Shown one piece after another: positions 9,899 through 18,439 of a stretch of DNA of 64,000 bases. The notes under the pieces are model-generated. The model saw only the letters and a list, made by a program, of their open reading frames with translations, did no database searches and had not been told where the DNA came from. This stretch comes from Actinomycetota bacterium (GTDB taxonomy: Bacteria > Actinomycetota > UBA4738 > HRBIN12). A program made the translations under genes and the position numbers. The stretch lies in NCBI GenBank assembly GCA_040754475.1, contig JBFMCN010000036.1, positions 24,801-88,800 of the forward strand. Direction: 5' to 3'. Positions within the stretch are counted from its first letter, which is position 1. Each line of letters begins with the position of its first letter.

Positions 9899-11323
9899 GT
9901 GCTACCATCGCGCCCGACTGTGGGCGGCGAGGGTCCGAGAGAGGAATGCGGCCTCTTCGGGGTGTGGGCACCCGGTGAGGAAGTCGCCCGCCTTGCGTAC
10001 TTCGGCCTCTTCGCGCAGCAGCACCGCGGACAGGAATCTGCGGGCATCGCGGTCTCGGACGGCCAGAACCTCCTCGTGTACAAGGAGCTCGGGCTGGTCT
10101 CGCAGGTCTTCAACGAGGCGACGCTCGCGACCCTTCAGGGCGACCTCGGGATCGGCCACACCCGGTACTCGACCACCGGAAACACGACCTGGGAGAACGC
10201 CCAGCCCGCATTCAAGACCGACGGGCACCGCTCGCTGGCCCTCGGCCACAACGGGAACCTCGTGAACACGGCGGAGCTCGCCGGCCGGGTCGGCCGCACG
10301 GCGGGGCGGGCGACGACCGATTCCGACCTGGTTGCAGCCCTGCTGTCGCGTCAGCTCGAGGGCGGGCTGCGGGAGGCCGCGCTGGCAGTCCTGCCGATCC
10401 TCGAGGGCGCCTTCTGCCTGGTCGCGATGGACGAGCGGAGTGTCTACGCGGCGCGCGACGCCTGCGGTCTGCGGCCGCTCTCGCTCGGTCGCCTGCCGAA
10501 CGGCTTCTGCGTCGCCTCCGAGACCTGTGCGCTCGACATCGTCGGCGCGACGTTCGTCCGCGACGTCGAGCCCGGGGAGCTGATCCGTATCGACGACCGC
10601 GGTCTGCACTCCGAGCAGTTCGCGGACGAATCCCGCCCGGCGCTCTGCGTCTTCGAGTTCGTCTACCTCGCCCGGGCGGATTCCCGCATCCATGGACGTA
10701 CGGTCCACGAGGTTCGGCGGGAGCTGGGACGCCGCCTGGCTGCAGAGGCGCCGGCCAAGGCGGAACTCGTGATCCCGATACCCGACACCGGGCACTCGGC
10801 CGCGCAGGGATACGCGGAGGTCTCCGGTATCCCGTACGGCGAGGGGCTGATGAACAACCGCTATGTGGGTCGGACGTTCATCCAACCCTCGCAGTCGCTC
10901 CGCGAGCGGGGGGTGAAGCTCAAGCTGAATCCGATACCCGATTCGATCCGAGGCAAGCGGCTCGTCGTCATCGACGACTCGATCGTTCGCGGAACGACCA
11001 CCCGGCAGATCGTCCAGGCCCTGAGGGAGGCGGGCGCCTCCGAGGTGCACACGCGCGTTACCTGTCCGCCGATCAAGTGGCCGTGCTTCTACGGGATCGA
11101 CATGTCCACGCGGCAGGAACTGGTGGCCTCCGACCTAAGCGTGGAGGAGATACGCGAGTTCATCGGGGCCGACTCGCTCGGGTATCTGTCGATGGCGGGA
11201 ATGGTCCGCGCGACCGGCCTTCCCGAGGAGGAGCTCTGTCGAGCCTGCTTCGATGGCGAGTACCCGGTCCCCGTCCCCGAGAACGCGGGGAAGTTCCTCC
11301 TGGAGCATCCGGCGAAGTCGTGA
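9899..11323 (+). CDS. purF: amidophosphoribosyltransferase
   Basis: Catalytic Cys in CGLFGVWA preceded by a short propeptide. GTG 9899 has SD GAGGGG. Alternative GTG at 9920. The 5' end overlaps the purL 3' end. Confidence 0.9.
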   Translation: MLPSRPTVGGEGPREECGLFGVWAPGEEVARLAYFGLFAQQHRGQESAGIAVSDGQNLLVYKELGLVSQVFNEATLATLQGDLGIGHTRYSTTGNTTWENAQPAFKTDGHRSLALGHNGNLVNTAELAGRVGRTAGRATTDSDLVAALLSRQLEGGLREAALAVLPILEGAFCLVAMDERSVYAARDACGLRPLSLGRLPNGFCVASETCALDIVGATFVRDVEPGELIRIDDRGLHSEQFADESRPALCVFEFVYLARADSRIHGRTVHEVRRELGRRLAAEAPAKAELVIPIPDTGHSAAQGYAEVSGIPYGEGLMNNRYVGRTFIQPSQSLRERGVKLKLNPIPDSIRGKRLVVIDDSIVRGTTTRQIVQALREAGASEVHTRVTCPPIKWPCFYGIDMSTRQELVASDLSVEEIREFIGADSLGYLSMAGMVRATGLPEEELCRACFDGEYPVPVPENAGKFLLEHPAKS

Positions 11324-12321
11324 GCGAGGCCTACCGACGCGCCGGGGTCGATCTCGAGGCGGCGACGAAGGCCGTGGCGCTCATCCGCGACCTGGCGAAG
11401 CTCGCGATCAGGGTCGAAGTGGTCGAAGGCGTGGGTGGGTTCGCGGGGCTGTTCCGGATCGGCGAGGGACGGCTCCTTGCGGCCGCCACCGACGGCGTCG
11501 GCACGAAGGTCGAGGTTGCACGGATCGTCGGCCGCCTGAACACGGTCGGTATCGACCTCGTGGCGATGTGCGCCGACGACGTGGTGTGCACCGGGGCCGA
11601 GCCGCTGTTCTTCCTCGACTACCTGGCCGTCGGGCGTCTTGTGCCGGATGAGGTCGCAGCAATCGTCGAGGGCGTCACCGAGGGGTGCCGTCGCGCCGGC
11701 TGCGCTCTCCTCGGGGGCGAGACCGCGGAACACCCGGGCATGGGACCCCCTGACCGATTCGACCTCGCAGGCTTCTGCGTCGGTATCGTCGAGGAGTCTC
11801 GGATCCTCGGGCCACATCGAGTTCGGGATGGGGACGTGCTCGTGGGCCTGGGATCGAGCGGTCTGCACTCGAACGGGTACTCGCTCGTCAGAAGAGCGCT
11901 TGTCGACGAGGGGGAGTACGAGCTCACCGACATGCCTCCACTCCTCGGTCGCCCGCTCGCCGACGAGCTCCTGGAGCCGACGGTGATCTACGCCCCGCTC
12001 GTGCTGGACCTTGCCCGCGCAGAGCTTGTGAACGCGGCCGCGCACATCACGGGCGGTGGCTTGCAGGAGAACGCCTTGCGCGTGTTGCCAGAGGGGTTCA
12101 CCGCCGAGATCGAGTGGGGATCTTGGCCGGTGCCGCCGATCTTCGATCTGGTCCGCGAGGCCGCGGCGGTGTCGGAGGCCGACATGCGGGCGACGTTCAA
12201 CATGGGAGTCGGCATGACGCTGGTCGTTCCGGCCGGTCAGATCGGCGACGTCGTCGCCAGGGCCACCGACGCCGGTACTCCGGCCTTCGCAATCGGTCGC
12301 GTACGGGCCGGATCGGCGTAG
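11320..12321 (+). CDS. purM: phosphoribosylformylglycinamidine cyclo-ligase (AIR synthetase)
   Basis: VSEAYRRAGVDLEAA...GGFAGLF PurM motifs. GTGA overlap with purF. Confidence 0.9.
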   Translation: MSEAYRRAGVDLEAATKAVALIRDLAKLAIRVEVVEGVGGFAGLFRIGEGRLLAAATDGVGTKVEVARIVGRLNTVGIDLVAMCADDVVCTGAEPLFFLDYLAVGRLVPDEVAAIVEGVTEGCRRAGCALLGGETAEHPGMGPPDRFDLAGFCVGIVEESRILGPHRVRDGDVLVGLGSSGLHSNGYSLVRRALVDEGEYELTDMPPLLGRPLADELLEPTVIYAPLVLDLARAELVNAAAHITGGGLQENALRVLPEGFTAEIEWGSWPVPPIFDLVREAAAVSEADMRATFNMGVGMTLVVPAGQIGDVVARATDAGTPAFAIGRVRAGSA

Positions 12322-12503
12322 CAGGCTGTCTGGATGCCGCCCGGGTGGCGGAGGTACCTCGCGTGATTGCCGAGGACGGGCTACCCGCGGATGGTCCGCC
12401 CGATCGTCCACCGTGTGGCGGGGGGTACTACGTCCGGTACGAGGAAACCGGTCGGGCGGCCGATTCCGGAGTGTGGACGGCCCCGCGTACCCTCGTGGTT
12501 GCC

Positions 12504-12887
12504 ATGGAGAACGGCGACCGGACGAGCGTGCTCGTCGTCGACGACGAGCCACAGGTCGTCTGGATGCTCCAGTTCAGCTTGGAAGCGGAGGGCTACCGCA
12601 CGTTCTCGGCCCGCGACGGGCAGGCCGCGCTCGACGAGCTCCGTGAGCACCGGCCCAAGCTCATGCTGCTCGACATCATGATGCCAACCATGGACGGCTG
12701 GAGCGTCCTTCAGGAGATGCAGGCGCTCCCGCCCGACGATCGCCCGAGGGTGGTCGTCGTCTCGGCGCGCTCGAGCCTCCGCGACCGGGCGAAGGCGGCG
12801 GAGCTCGGGGCCGATGCCTTTGTCCCGAAGCCGTTCGACGTCAACGACCTGCTCGGCGTCCTTCACCGCCTGGAGCACGCCTGCTGA
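12504..12887 (+). CDS. single-domain response regulator (CheY-like receiver, 127 aa)
   Basis: SVLVVDDEPQV...LMLLDIMMPTMDGW...DAFVPKPF is a canonical receiver domain. No output domain and no kinase adjacent. Confidence 0.75.
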   Translation: MENGDRTSVLVVDDEPQVVWMLQFSLEAEGYRTFSARDGQAALDELREHRPKLMLLDIMMPTMDGWSVLQEMQALPPDDRPRVVVVSARSSLRDRAKAAELGADAFVPKPFDVNDLLGVLHRLEHAC

Positions 12888-12926
12888 GCTAGCCCGACAC
12901 ACACCGGTCTGGATGAGCCGGCGCGG

Positions 12927-13136
12927 CTAGGCAGAGACCACCTTGGCGAAGCGCACGCCCCGAGCCGGCACTTGCACCAGGTTGCCGTCCCCTTTCCGGA
13001 TGACGTAGGTCTCCGCTGCTTGATCGAAGGCCTCGAGGATGCCGAGGATCTCGCCGACGTCGCCGTTCGGGAGCTCGAACTGGAACGCCACGCGCCTGCC
13101 GACGTCCTCCGGTGTGACGGCGTTCCGAACCCCCAT
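12927..13136 (-). CDS. hypothetical 69-aa protein
   Basis: Plausible coding composition. 8 nt downstream of and co-oriented with the binding-protein gene. No recognisable family. Confidence 0.4.
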   Translation of the reverse strand: MGVRNAVTPEDVGRRVAFQFELPNGDVGEILGILEAFDQAAETYVIRKGDGNLVQVPARGVRFAKVVSA

Positions 13137-13144
13137 GCGCCCGC

Positions 13145-14062
13145 CTAGCGCTTGGCCTGCATGATCGCGTCCCCCGGAGGTTCGGGGAAGGCGTGCGGGT
13201 GCACCACCCAGGCGAGGATCTCCAGGCCGTCGACGATCCTCGGGCCGGGACGCGAGAAGTACGAGGCCGCGTCGACGGCGAACACGCTTCCTTCGCGTGC
13301 GGCCGGAGTCTCTGAGAACTCAGCGTTCTCGTACAGGAGCGCCGCCTCCTCCTCCGCCTCCTCGAGGTAGTAACCGCAGGGCATGAAGGCGACGACCTCA
13401 GGATTCGCGTCGCGAATCTCCCGCCATGTGACGATCCGGGAAGGCCGCTCCTTCGTGCCAAGTAGGTTGACGCCTCCCACGATCTCGACCATGTCGGGTA
13501 TCCAGCGGCCGGCTGCGAAGGGCGGGTCCAGCCACTCGAGGCAGAACACACGGATCGAGGGAAGTCGGAGCGCCTTGCTTCGGACGACCTCCATGCGGGC
13601 TCGGAGCGAGTCCACGAGCTCGGCCGCCCGCTGCTCGGCTCCTAGGAGCTCTCCGACCGTCCGGACGCCCTCTAGGACCTGGGCGAGCGAGTGGGGATCG
13701 AGCGAGAGCACCTTCGCGTCGGTTGCCCCGATCTCCTCGAGGGCGCGCTGCACCTGACCACTGGACACACCGCAGATGCGGCACAGGTCTTGAGTGAGGA
13801 TCACATCGGGTCGGATTCTTCGGATGAGGTCCTTGTCTAAGACGTAGAGAGGCTCTCTCCGGTCCATCCGCCCACGCACGGCATCGTCGATCTCGCGACA
13901 GGAGAGCGGTCGTCCCTGCGAGAGGGCGCTGCGTGAGACGATCGGCCGCTTCGTTGCCTCTACGGGGAAGTCGCATTCGTCCGTTACGCCCTCGATGTGC
14001 TCTCCGAGGCCGAGCGCGAACACGATCTCGGTCGCCGACGGCAGGAGGGAGACGATCCTCAC
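13145..14062 (-). CDS. ABC-transporter-type substrate-binding protein, BtuF/TroA (cluster A) family, no signal peptide
   Basis: MRIVSLLPSATEIVFALGLGEHIEGVTDECDFP mirrors the mature N-terminus of BtuF-like cobalamin/siderophore binding proteins. An in-frame stop lies just upstream, so there is no leader. Confidence 0.7.
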   Translation of the reverse strand: MRIVSLLPSATEIVFALGLGEHIEGVTDECDFPVEATKRPIVSRSALSQGRPLSCREIDDAVRGRMDRREPLYVLDKDLIRRIRPDVILTQDLCRICGVSSGQVQRALEEIGATDAKVLSLDPHSLAQVLEGVRTVGELLGAEQRAAELVDSLRARMEVVRSKALRLPSIRVFCLEWLDPPFAAGRWIPDMVEIVGGVNLLGTKERPSRIVTWREIRDANPEVVAFMPCGYYLEEAEEEAALLYENAEFSETPAAREGSVFAVDAASYFSRPGPRIVDGLEILAWVVHPHAFPEPPGDAIMQAKR

Positions 14063-14200
14063 TTCCGAACCTCATCGTTTCGAAGTCTCTCGCGCATGTC
14101 CTTCTCACCGGGATCGAGTCTGCGAGAGCATATACACCGCGCCCGGTATCCGGACGACGGCCAAGGAACCGTCGGGCCAGGGTACCGCCGATGCGCAGAG

Positions 14201-14273
14201 TGGCCAGGGGCAGAATCGAACTGCCGACACCGCGGTTTTCAGCCGCGTGCTCTGCCAACTGAGCTACCTGGCC
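14201..14273 (-). tRNA. tRNA-Phe (anticodon GAA)
   Basis: Reverse complement GGCCAGGTAGCTCAGTTGGCAGAGCACGCGGCTGAAAACCGCGGTGTCGGCAGTTCGATTCTGCCCCTGGCCA folds as a cloverleaf with anticodon loop CTGAAAA. Confidence 0.9.
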
Positions 14274-14303
14274 GTAACCGGTCCTCGAGGACCGGGCGTC
14301 CAG

Positions 14304-14379
14304 CGCGGGTGACGGGCTTCGATCCCGCGATCTCCGCCTTGACAGGGCGGTGAGGACGGCCAGGCTCCTCTACACCCGC
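14304..14379 (-). tRNA. tRNA-Asp (anticodon GTC)
   Basis: Reverse complement GCGGGTGTAGAGGAGCCTGGCCGTCCTCACCGCCCTGTCAAGGCGGAGATCGCGGGATCGAAGCCCGTCACCCGCG. 7-bp acceptor stem, D, anticodon (CTGTCAA) and T arms all pair. The T-loop is unusual (ATCGAAG). Confidence 0.65.
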
Positions 14380-14395
14380 GTGCTATTCGGTTGTG

Positions 14396-14468
14396 TGCCC
14401 CCAACGGGATTCGAACCCGTGTCGCCGCCTTGAAAGGGCGAAATCCTGGGCCGCTAGACGATGGGGGC
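14396..14468 (-). tRNA. tRNA-Glu (anticodon TTC)
   Basis: Reverse complement GCCCCCATCGTCTAGCGGCCCAGGATTTCGCCCTTTCAAGGCGGCGACACGGGTTCGAATCCCGTTGGGGGCA is close to the canonical bacterial tRNA-Glu. Confidence 0.85.
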
Positions 14469-14826
14469 CCGTGCGTCCCCGGGACGCCCGTTGCGCCCGA
14501 CCTGGGGGCAGCCGAAGAAGTATAGCCTGCCCTGCTGCGGCCTCTGGAGCGGCGGGTTCAACACGTGCGTGGTGGTCGTTCACCATCCGGGTGGGCGCTC
14601 TACGGGAGGTGCCGATCGGCGCCGATGAGAGGTGCATGCGGGCGCTGCTCGAGTTCCTTGGGATCCTCGAGCCTGACCGAGCGCGCCGTGAGCCGGTCAC
14701 GCTGCCCTCGTGGGCTTTCTGGACGGCCCCACTCCTCGTCCTTGCCCTGGTGGTGGCTTCGACCCTCGTGCTCGTGGTCATTCGGGCCTTCTTCTGAACC
14801 GCGGCTCCGCGGGAAGGCGGCTCAGC

Positions 14827-15153
14827 TCAGTCCATCCGCATCTGATCGCCTGGCAGGAGATCGGCATCCTCGGGTGCCTCGAGCACGTGGAGTGCACGCA
14901 GACGTGGGAGCAGGAGCCTCCCGGGGGACACATGCTCGACTCGAACCACGCGAAGGTGTCGGTCGAGGAAGACCGCGGTGATCTCGAACCGCATGCCGAA
15001 CGTGTGGACCGACCGCGCGCGCTCGAACAGCATCGCACGCCGTTCCTGCAGTTGAGTGCGTCCCAGCAGACCTCGCGCCCGCTCGAACCGGCTCGTCGGA
15101 ACATCGACCTGCCAGGAGGAGCCTCGCGGGTCGGTCAACAGAATCGTTCGCAA
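14827..15153 (-). CDS. DUF192 domain-containing protein (108 aa)
   Basis: GLLGR...MLFER..SVHTFGMRFEITAVFLD...RVV matches the DUF192 (COG1430) pattern. No signal peptide. Confidence 0.65.
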   Translation of the reverse strand: MRTILLTDPRGSSWQVDVPTSRFERARGLLGRTQLQERRAMLFERARSVHTFGMRFEITAVFLDRHLRVVRVEHVSPGRLLLPRLRALHVLEAPEDADLLPGDQMRMD

Positions 15154-15192
15154 GAGGGGCCACCGTAGCGGATGGGTCGGACACGCCTTTCC

Positions 15193-15266
15193 GGAGTGGC
15201 TTGTGGAGTGGCGTGCGGAGTGGCTTGTGGAGTGGCTTGTGAGGTCTCAGTGTGAGGTCTCAGTAC
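15193..15266. repeat. tandem repeat block: 12-mer GGAGTGGCTTGT x4 (one variant GGAGTGGCGTGC) followed by 13-mer GAGGTCTCAGTGT x2
   Basis: Read directly in the sequence. It ends 3 nt from the 3' end of tRNA-Lys. Confidence 0.85.
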
Positions 15267-15269
15267 CCG

Positions 15270-15344
15270 TGGGGCGGGCAGGATTCGAACCCGCGACACG
15301 AGGGTTAAAAGCCCCCTGCTCTGACCCGGCTGAGCTACCGCCCC
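15270..15344 (-). tRNA. tRNA-Lys (anticodon TTT)
   Basis: Reverse complement GGGGCGGTAGCTCAGCCGGGTCAGAGCAGGGGGCTTTTAACCCTCGTGTCGCGGGTTCGAATCCTGCCCGCCCCA. Anticodon loop CTTTTAA. Confidence 0.9.
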
Positions 15345-15421
15345 GCTCGGTGGAGTCTACGGCGGGAACCCGCCTTCCTTCGCAGGGCGTCAAAGAACCC
15401 CACGAGGAAGGAGGGAGCCAC

Positions 15422-16141
15422 ATGAAGGCCCACGCAAGATGGGGCGTCGCCGGGATGCTCCTCGGGCTCGTCGCGGCGCTCGCGATACCTTCGTTCGCAC
15501 AGACGCCGTCCCCGACCCCGTCTCCTGCGATCTCCGACCGAACCGTGACCGTGACCGGGACGGCCATCATCCGCTCGTCGCCCGACAAGGCCGTCGTCAC
15601 GCTCGGCGTGCGAACGCAGGCGGAGAGCGCCCAGAAGGCCATGGAGGAGAACGCGGACAAGATGTCCCGCGTCATGGAGGCACTCAGCGACGCCGGCTTG
15701 GAGGAAGGCGACATCGCCACTGCCTGGGTCAACCTGTACCCGAACTACGACGAGCATGGCTTGGTCGTGGTCTCCTACACGGCGGAGAACCAGGTGGACG
15801 CGACGGTCCACGACATGGACGAGGTGGGAGAGGTCATCGACACAGCGGTCGCTGCGGGCGCGAACCTGGCGGGCGGCATCTCGTTCCAGCTCTCCGACCG
15901 GGACAAGGGCGTCGACCGGGCGCTGCAAGCAGCGGTGGCGGATGCTCGATCGAAGGCCGAGATCCTGGCGGCCGCCGGCGGTGCCACGCTTGGTTCGGTG
16001 ATTTCGATCACCGAGACGGGCGCGTCGACGTCATCACCCGTCTACTACAGGGACGAAGCTGTGGCTGCAGCCACCACGCCGGTGTCACCTCCCACGCTCG
16101 AGACGCAGGTGAGCGTCGCCGTCGTCTGGTCGCTCTCGTAG
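15422..16141 (+). CDS. SIMPL (DUF541) domain secreted protein
   Basis: Signal peptide MKAHARWGVAGMLLGLVAALAIPSFAQ. Body (TVTGTA...SPDKAVV...AGG.SF) is typical of SIMPL/26-kDa periplasmic immunogenic proteins. Strong SD GGAGGGAG. Confidence 0.75.
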   Translation: MKAHARWGVAGMLLGLVAALAIPSFAQTPSPTPSPAISDRTVTVTGTAIIRSSPDKAVVTLGVRTQAESAQKAMEENADKMSRVMEALSDAGLEEGDIATAWVNLYPNYDEHGLVVVSYTAENQVDATVHDMDEVGEVIDTAVAAGANLAGGISFQLSDRDKGVDRALQAAVADARSKAEILAAAGGATLGSVISITETGASTSSPVYYRDEAVAAATTPVSPPTLETQVSVAVVWSLS

Positions 16142-16195
16142 CCGTCGGGTGAAACCGTCGCGGAGAGGGAGGGGCCGAGGTGACGGGGTCCAACC

Positions 16196-17839
16196 TCAGT
16201 GCGAGGGCGGGCGGTATCGGTTGGTGATGGGGATGCGGCGATCCCGCCCGAACGCCTTGGGCGTGATCTTCACACCCGGCGGGGCCTGACGCCGTTTGTA
16301 CTCGGCCCGGTCGATCATCGCGATCACGCGCTGTACGAGCCCGGCATCGAACCCCCGGGCGGCGATCTCCTCCGCCGAGCGGTCCTCCTCGACGAACGCC
16401 TCGATGATCGGGTCGAGCTCCTCGTAGGGCGGGAGCGTGTCCGTGTCCCGCTGATTCGGCCGAAGCTCTGCCGACGGCGGCTTGTCGATCACTCGCTGCG
16501 GGATGGGTGCCGGGTCGCTCTGTTGGTTCCGCCAGTGGACCAGCTCGTAGACCAGTGTCTTGGGGACGTCCTTGATCGGTGCGAAACCGCCCGCCATGTC
16601 CCCGTAAAGGGTGGCGTAGCCCACGGCGTACTCGCTCTTGTTACCCGTCGCCAGGCAGAGGGAGCCGAACTTGTTCGACACCGCCATCAGCAGGTTCCCG
16701 CGGATCCGTGCCTGAAGGTTCTCCTCCGCCACGCCCTCCTCCGTGCTGCGGAAGGCGTCCTCGAGAGCGAGGAGATACGCCTCGAACACTTCGTCGATCC
16801 GTATCTCCTCGGCCCGGATTCCGAGGCGGCTGGCGATCTCGAGGGCGTCTTCGACACTCCCGGTGGACGAGTAGGGCGACGGCATCGCGAAGGCTCGGAC
16901 GGCCTGAGATCCGAGGGCGTCCGCCGCCAGGGTTGCCACGAGCGCGGAGTCGATGCCGCCTGATAGGCCGAGCACGACCTCTCGAAAGGCGTTCTTGCGT
17001 GCATAGTCGCTGAGACCAAGGACGAGAGCCCGATAGACCTCCTCGGGTCCTTCAGGCCAAGGGGAGCGCTCGGGGCCGGGAGCGCCCGCCCTGCTGGCGT
17101 GGCCCCGTGCCTCTTTCAGCTCGACGACGAGCAGGTCCTCCGCGAACATCGCAGCTCGATGAGTGAGCGTGCCGTCGGGCGAGACGACCATGCTCCCGCC
17201 GTCGAAGACCAGCTCGTCTTGGCCGCCGACCGCGTTCACGTACACGATCCAAGCGCTGGCTTCGCGCGCCCGGTCCCGGCACACCTCGAGCCGCTCGAAC
17301 GTCTTGTGGCGGTGATATGGGGAGGCGTTGATGTTCACGACGACCGGGACCTGCTCGCGTTCGTACGAGTCGAACGGCGGCCCCGGCTGCCACGCGTCCT
17401 CACATATCGAGAGGCCGAGCGCCAACGAATCCACGCGGACGGTGCGTGCTCCGGCTCCGGGCGCGAACGTCCTCCGCTCGTCGAAGACGCCGTAGTTCGG
17501 CAGCTTGATCTTGCGATAGCGTTCTTCAATCGCGCCTCCTCGAAGCAGGGCCGCGGAGTTGTGCAGGCCCAGGTCACTCCGGTCGACGAAGCCGACGAGC
17601 ACTGCACACCCTCCGGCCGTCCGCGCCGCGAGATCCTCGAGTGCCGCCAGGTTGTCGTCCACGAACGCCGGCCTCAGCACAAGGTCTTCTGGCGGGTATC
17701 CGGTGATGGCGAGCTCGGGGAAGCAGGCGATGTCGGCCCCGGAGTCCGTGGCCCGGCCAGCCCAGTCGGCCAGCTTCGTGACGTTTCCGTCGAGGTCGCC
17801 GACCGTGGTGTCGACCTGGCCTAGCGCGATGCGGACCAC
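16196..17839 (-). CDS. nadE: glutamine-dependent NAD+ synthetase (CN-hydrolase + NAD synthase domains)
   Basis: 547 aa. N-terminal nitrilase-like domain (FPELAITGYPPEDL). C-terminal LGLSGGIDSALVA PP-loop. Confidence 0.9.
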   Translation of the reverse strand: MVRIALGQVDTTVGDLDGNVTKLADWAGRATDSGADIACFPELAITGYPPEDLVLRPAFVDDNLAALEDLAARTAGGCAVLVGFVDRSDLGLHNSAALLRGGAIEERYRKIKLPNYGVFDERRTFAPGAGARTVRVDSLALGLSICEDAWQPGPPFDSYEREQVPVVVNINASPYHRHKTFERLEVCRDRAREASAWIVYVNAVGGQDELVFDGGSMVVSPDGTLTHRAAMFAEDLLVVELKEARGHASRAGAPGPERSPWPEGPEEVYRALVLGLSDYARKNAFREVVLGLSGGIDSALVATLAADALGSQAVRAFAMPSPYSSTGSVEDALEIASRLGIRAEEIRIDEVFEAYLLALEDAFRSTEEGVAEENLQARIRGNLLMAVSNKFGSLCLATGNKSEYAVGYATLYGDMAGGFAPIKDVPKTLVYELVHWRNQQSDPAPIPQRVIDKPPSAELRPNQRDTDTLPPYEELDPIIEAFVEEDRSAEEIAARGFDAGLVQRVIAMIDRAEYKRRQAPPGVKITPKAFGRDRRIPITNRYRPPSH

Positions 17840-17878
17840 GTCGAAAGCCTAGCGCGGCGGCAGCGTGGAGCCCGGACC

Positions 17879-18355
17879 CTACTCGACCCCGCCTATGTCG
17901 AGGTGGTAGGCCTCCCAGATCAGGTCGGCCGCCGACTGACGGTGGCGCGCGACCATGCGGAGGAGACGCTGGATGTCGTTTCGAGCCTCGTCCAGAGGCC
18001 ACCTGTCGCCGATGCCCGGCTTGTCCATCAGCGCGACGAGCTCCTCGACGCGGGCTCGCAGGATCGGGTGTTCGCGCTGAAGCCGCTTGATCCGCGAGGA
18101 GAGCCGCGGAGCCGCCCCCCGGACCTCGTCGTGCAGACCCCCCGGCCGCTCGGTCAGCTGTATGTGCTCGTCGATCGCCTCCAGCATCTGCTCGAGGCTT
18201 GAGACGACCTCCTGGATCCATTCGTCGAGATGGCCGGTCGCGTCGCGCGCGATCGCCTGTTCGAGCTCGACTAAGGCGCGGTGGAAGTCCCCCCGTCGTC
18301 CTTCCGCGTCCTGCAGGATGAGGGTGCGTTCCTGATCGGAGAGCTCGCCGCTCAT
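17879..18355 (-). CDS. hypothetical protein, possible hemerythrin/HHE-like four-helix cation-binding domain
   Basis: Spaced H/E pairs (HLDEW, EHIQL, EHPILRARVEEL, RHRQ...EAYHLD) resemble HHE repeats. Weak. Confidence 0.4.
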   Translation of the reverse strand: MSGELSDQERTLILQDAEGRRGDFHRALVELEQAIARDATGHLDEWIQEVVSSLEQMLEAIDEHIQLTERPGGLHDEVRGAAPRLSSRIKRLQREHPILRARVEELVALMDKPGIGDRWPLDEARNDIQRLLRMVARHRQSAADLIWEAYHLDIGGVE

Positions 18356-18439
18356 GGCGCGTACCTCAGTGGGCTTCCCGGAGCGCGATCCGGCCGCCGC
18401 GTCGAGCAGCGCGGCTGAGCCCCTTCTCGGACTGGGCCG

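Noticed and set aside
1323-12321. Absence of purK, purN and purH from the pur operon as an anomaly
   Set aside because: These genes are commonly encoded elsewhere in actinobacterial genomes and cannot be assessed from a 64-kb window.
14636-14797. 53-aa hydrophobic micro-ORF (MRALLEFLG...LVVIRAFF) in the tRNA-Glu promoter region
   Set aside because: Weak and closely spaced SD, no support beyond hydrophobicity. Left as a remark under the tRNA-locus finding.
15193-15266. Tandem repeat block considered as a CRISPR array
   Set aside because: Units are 12-13 nt with no spacers, there are only 4+2 copies, and there are no cas genes.
14201-15344. tRNA-associated genomic island or prophage remnant
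   Set aside because: No integrase, no duplicated tRNA 3' fragment (att), and no phage genes. The inserted material is a single DUF192 gene.
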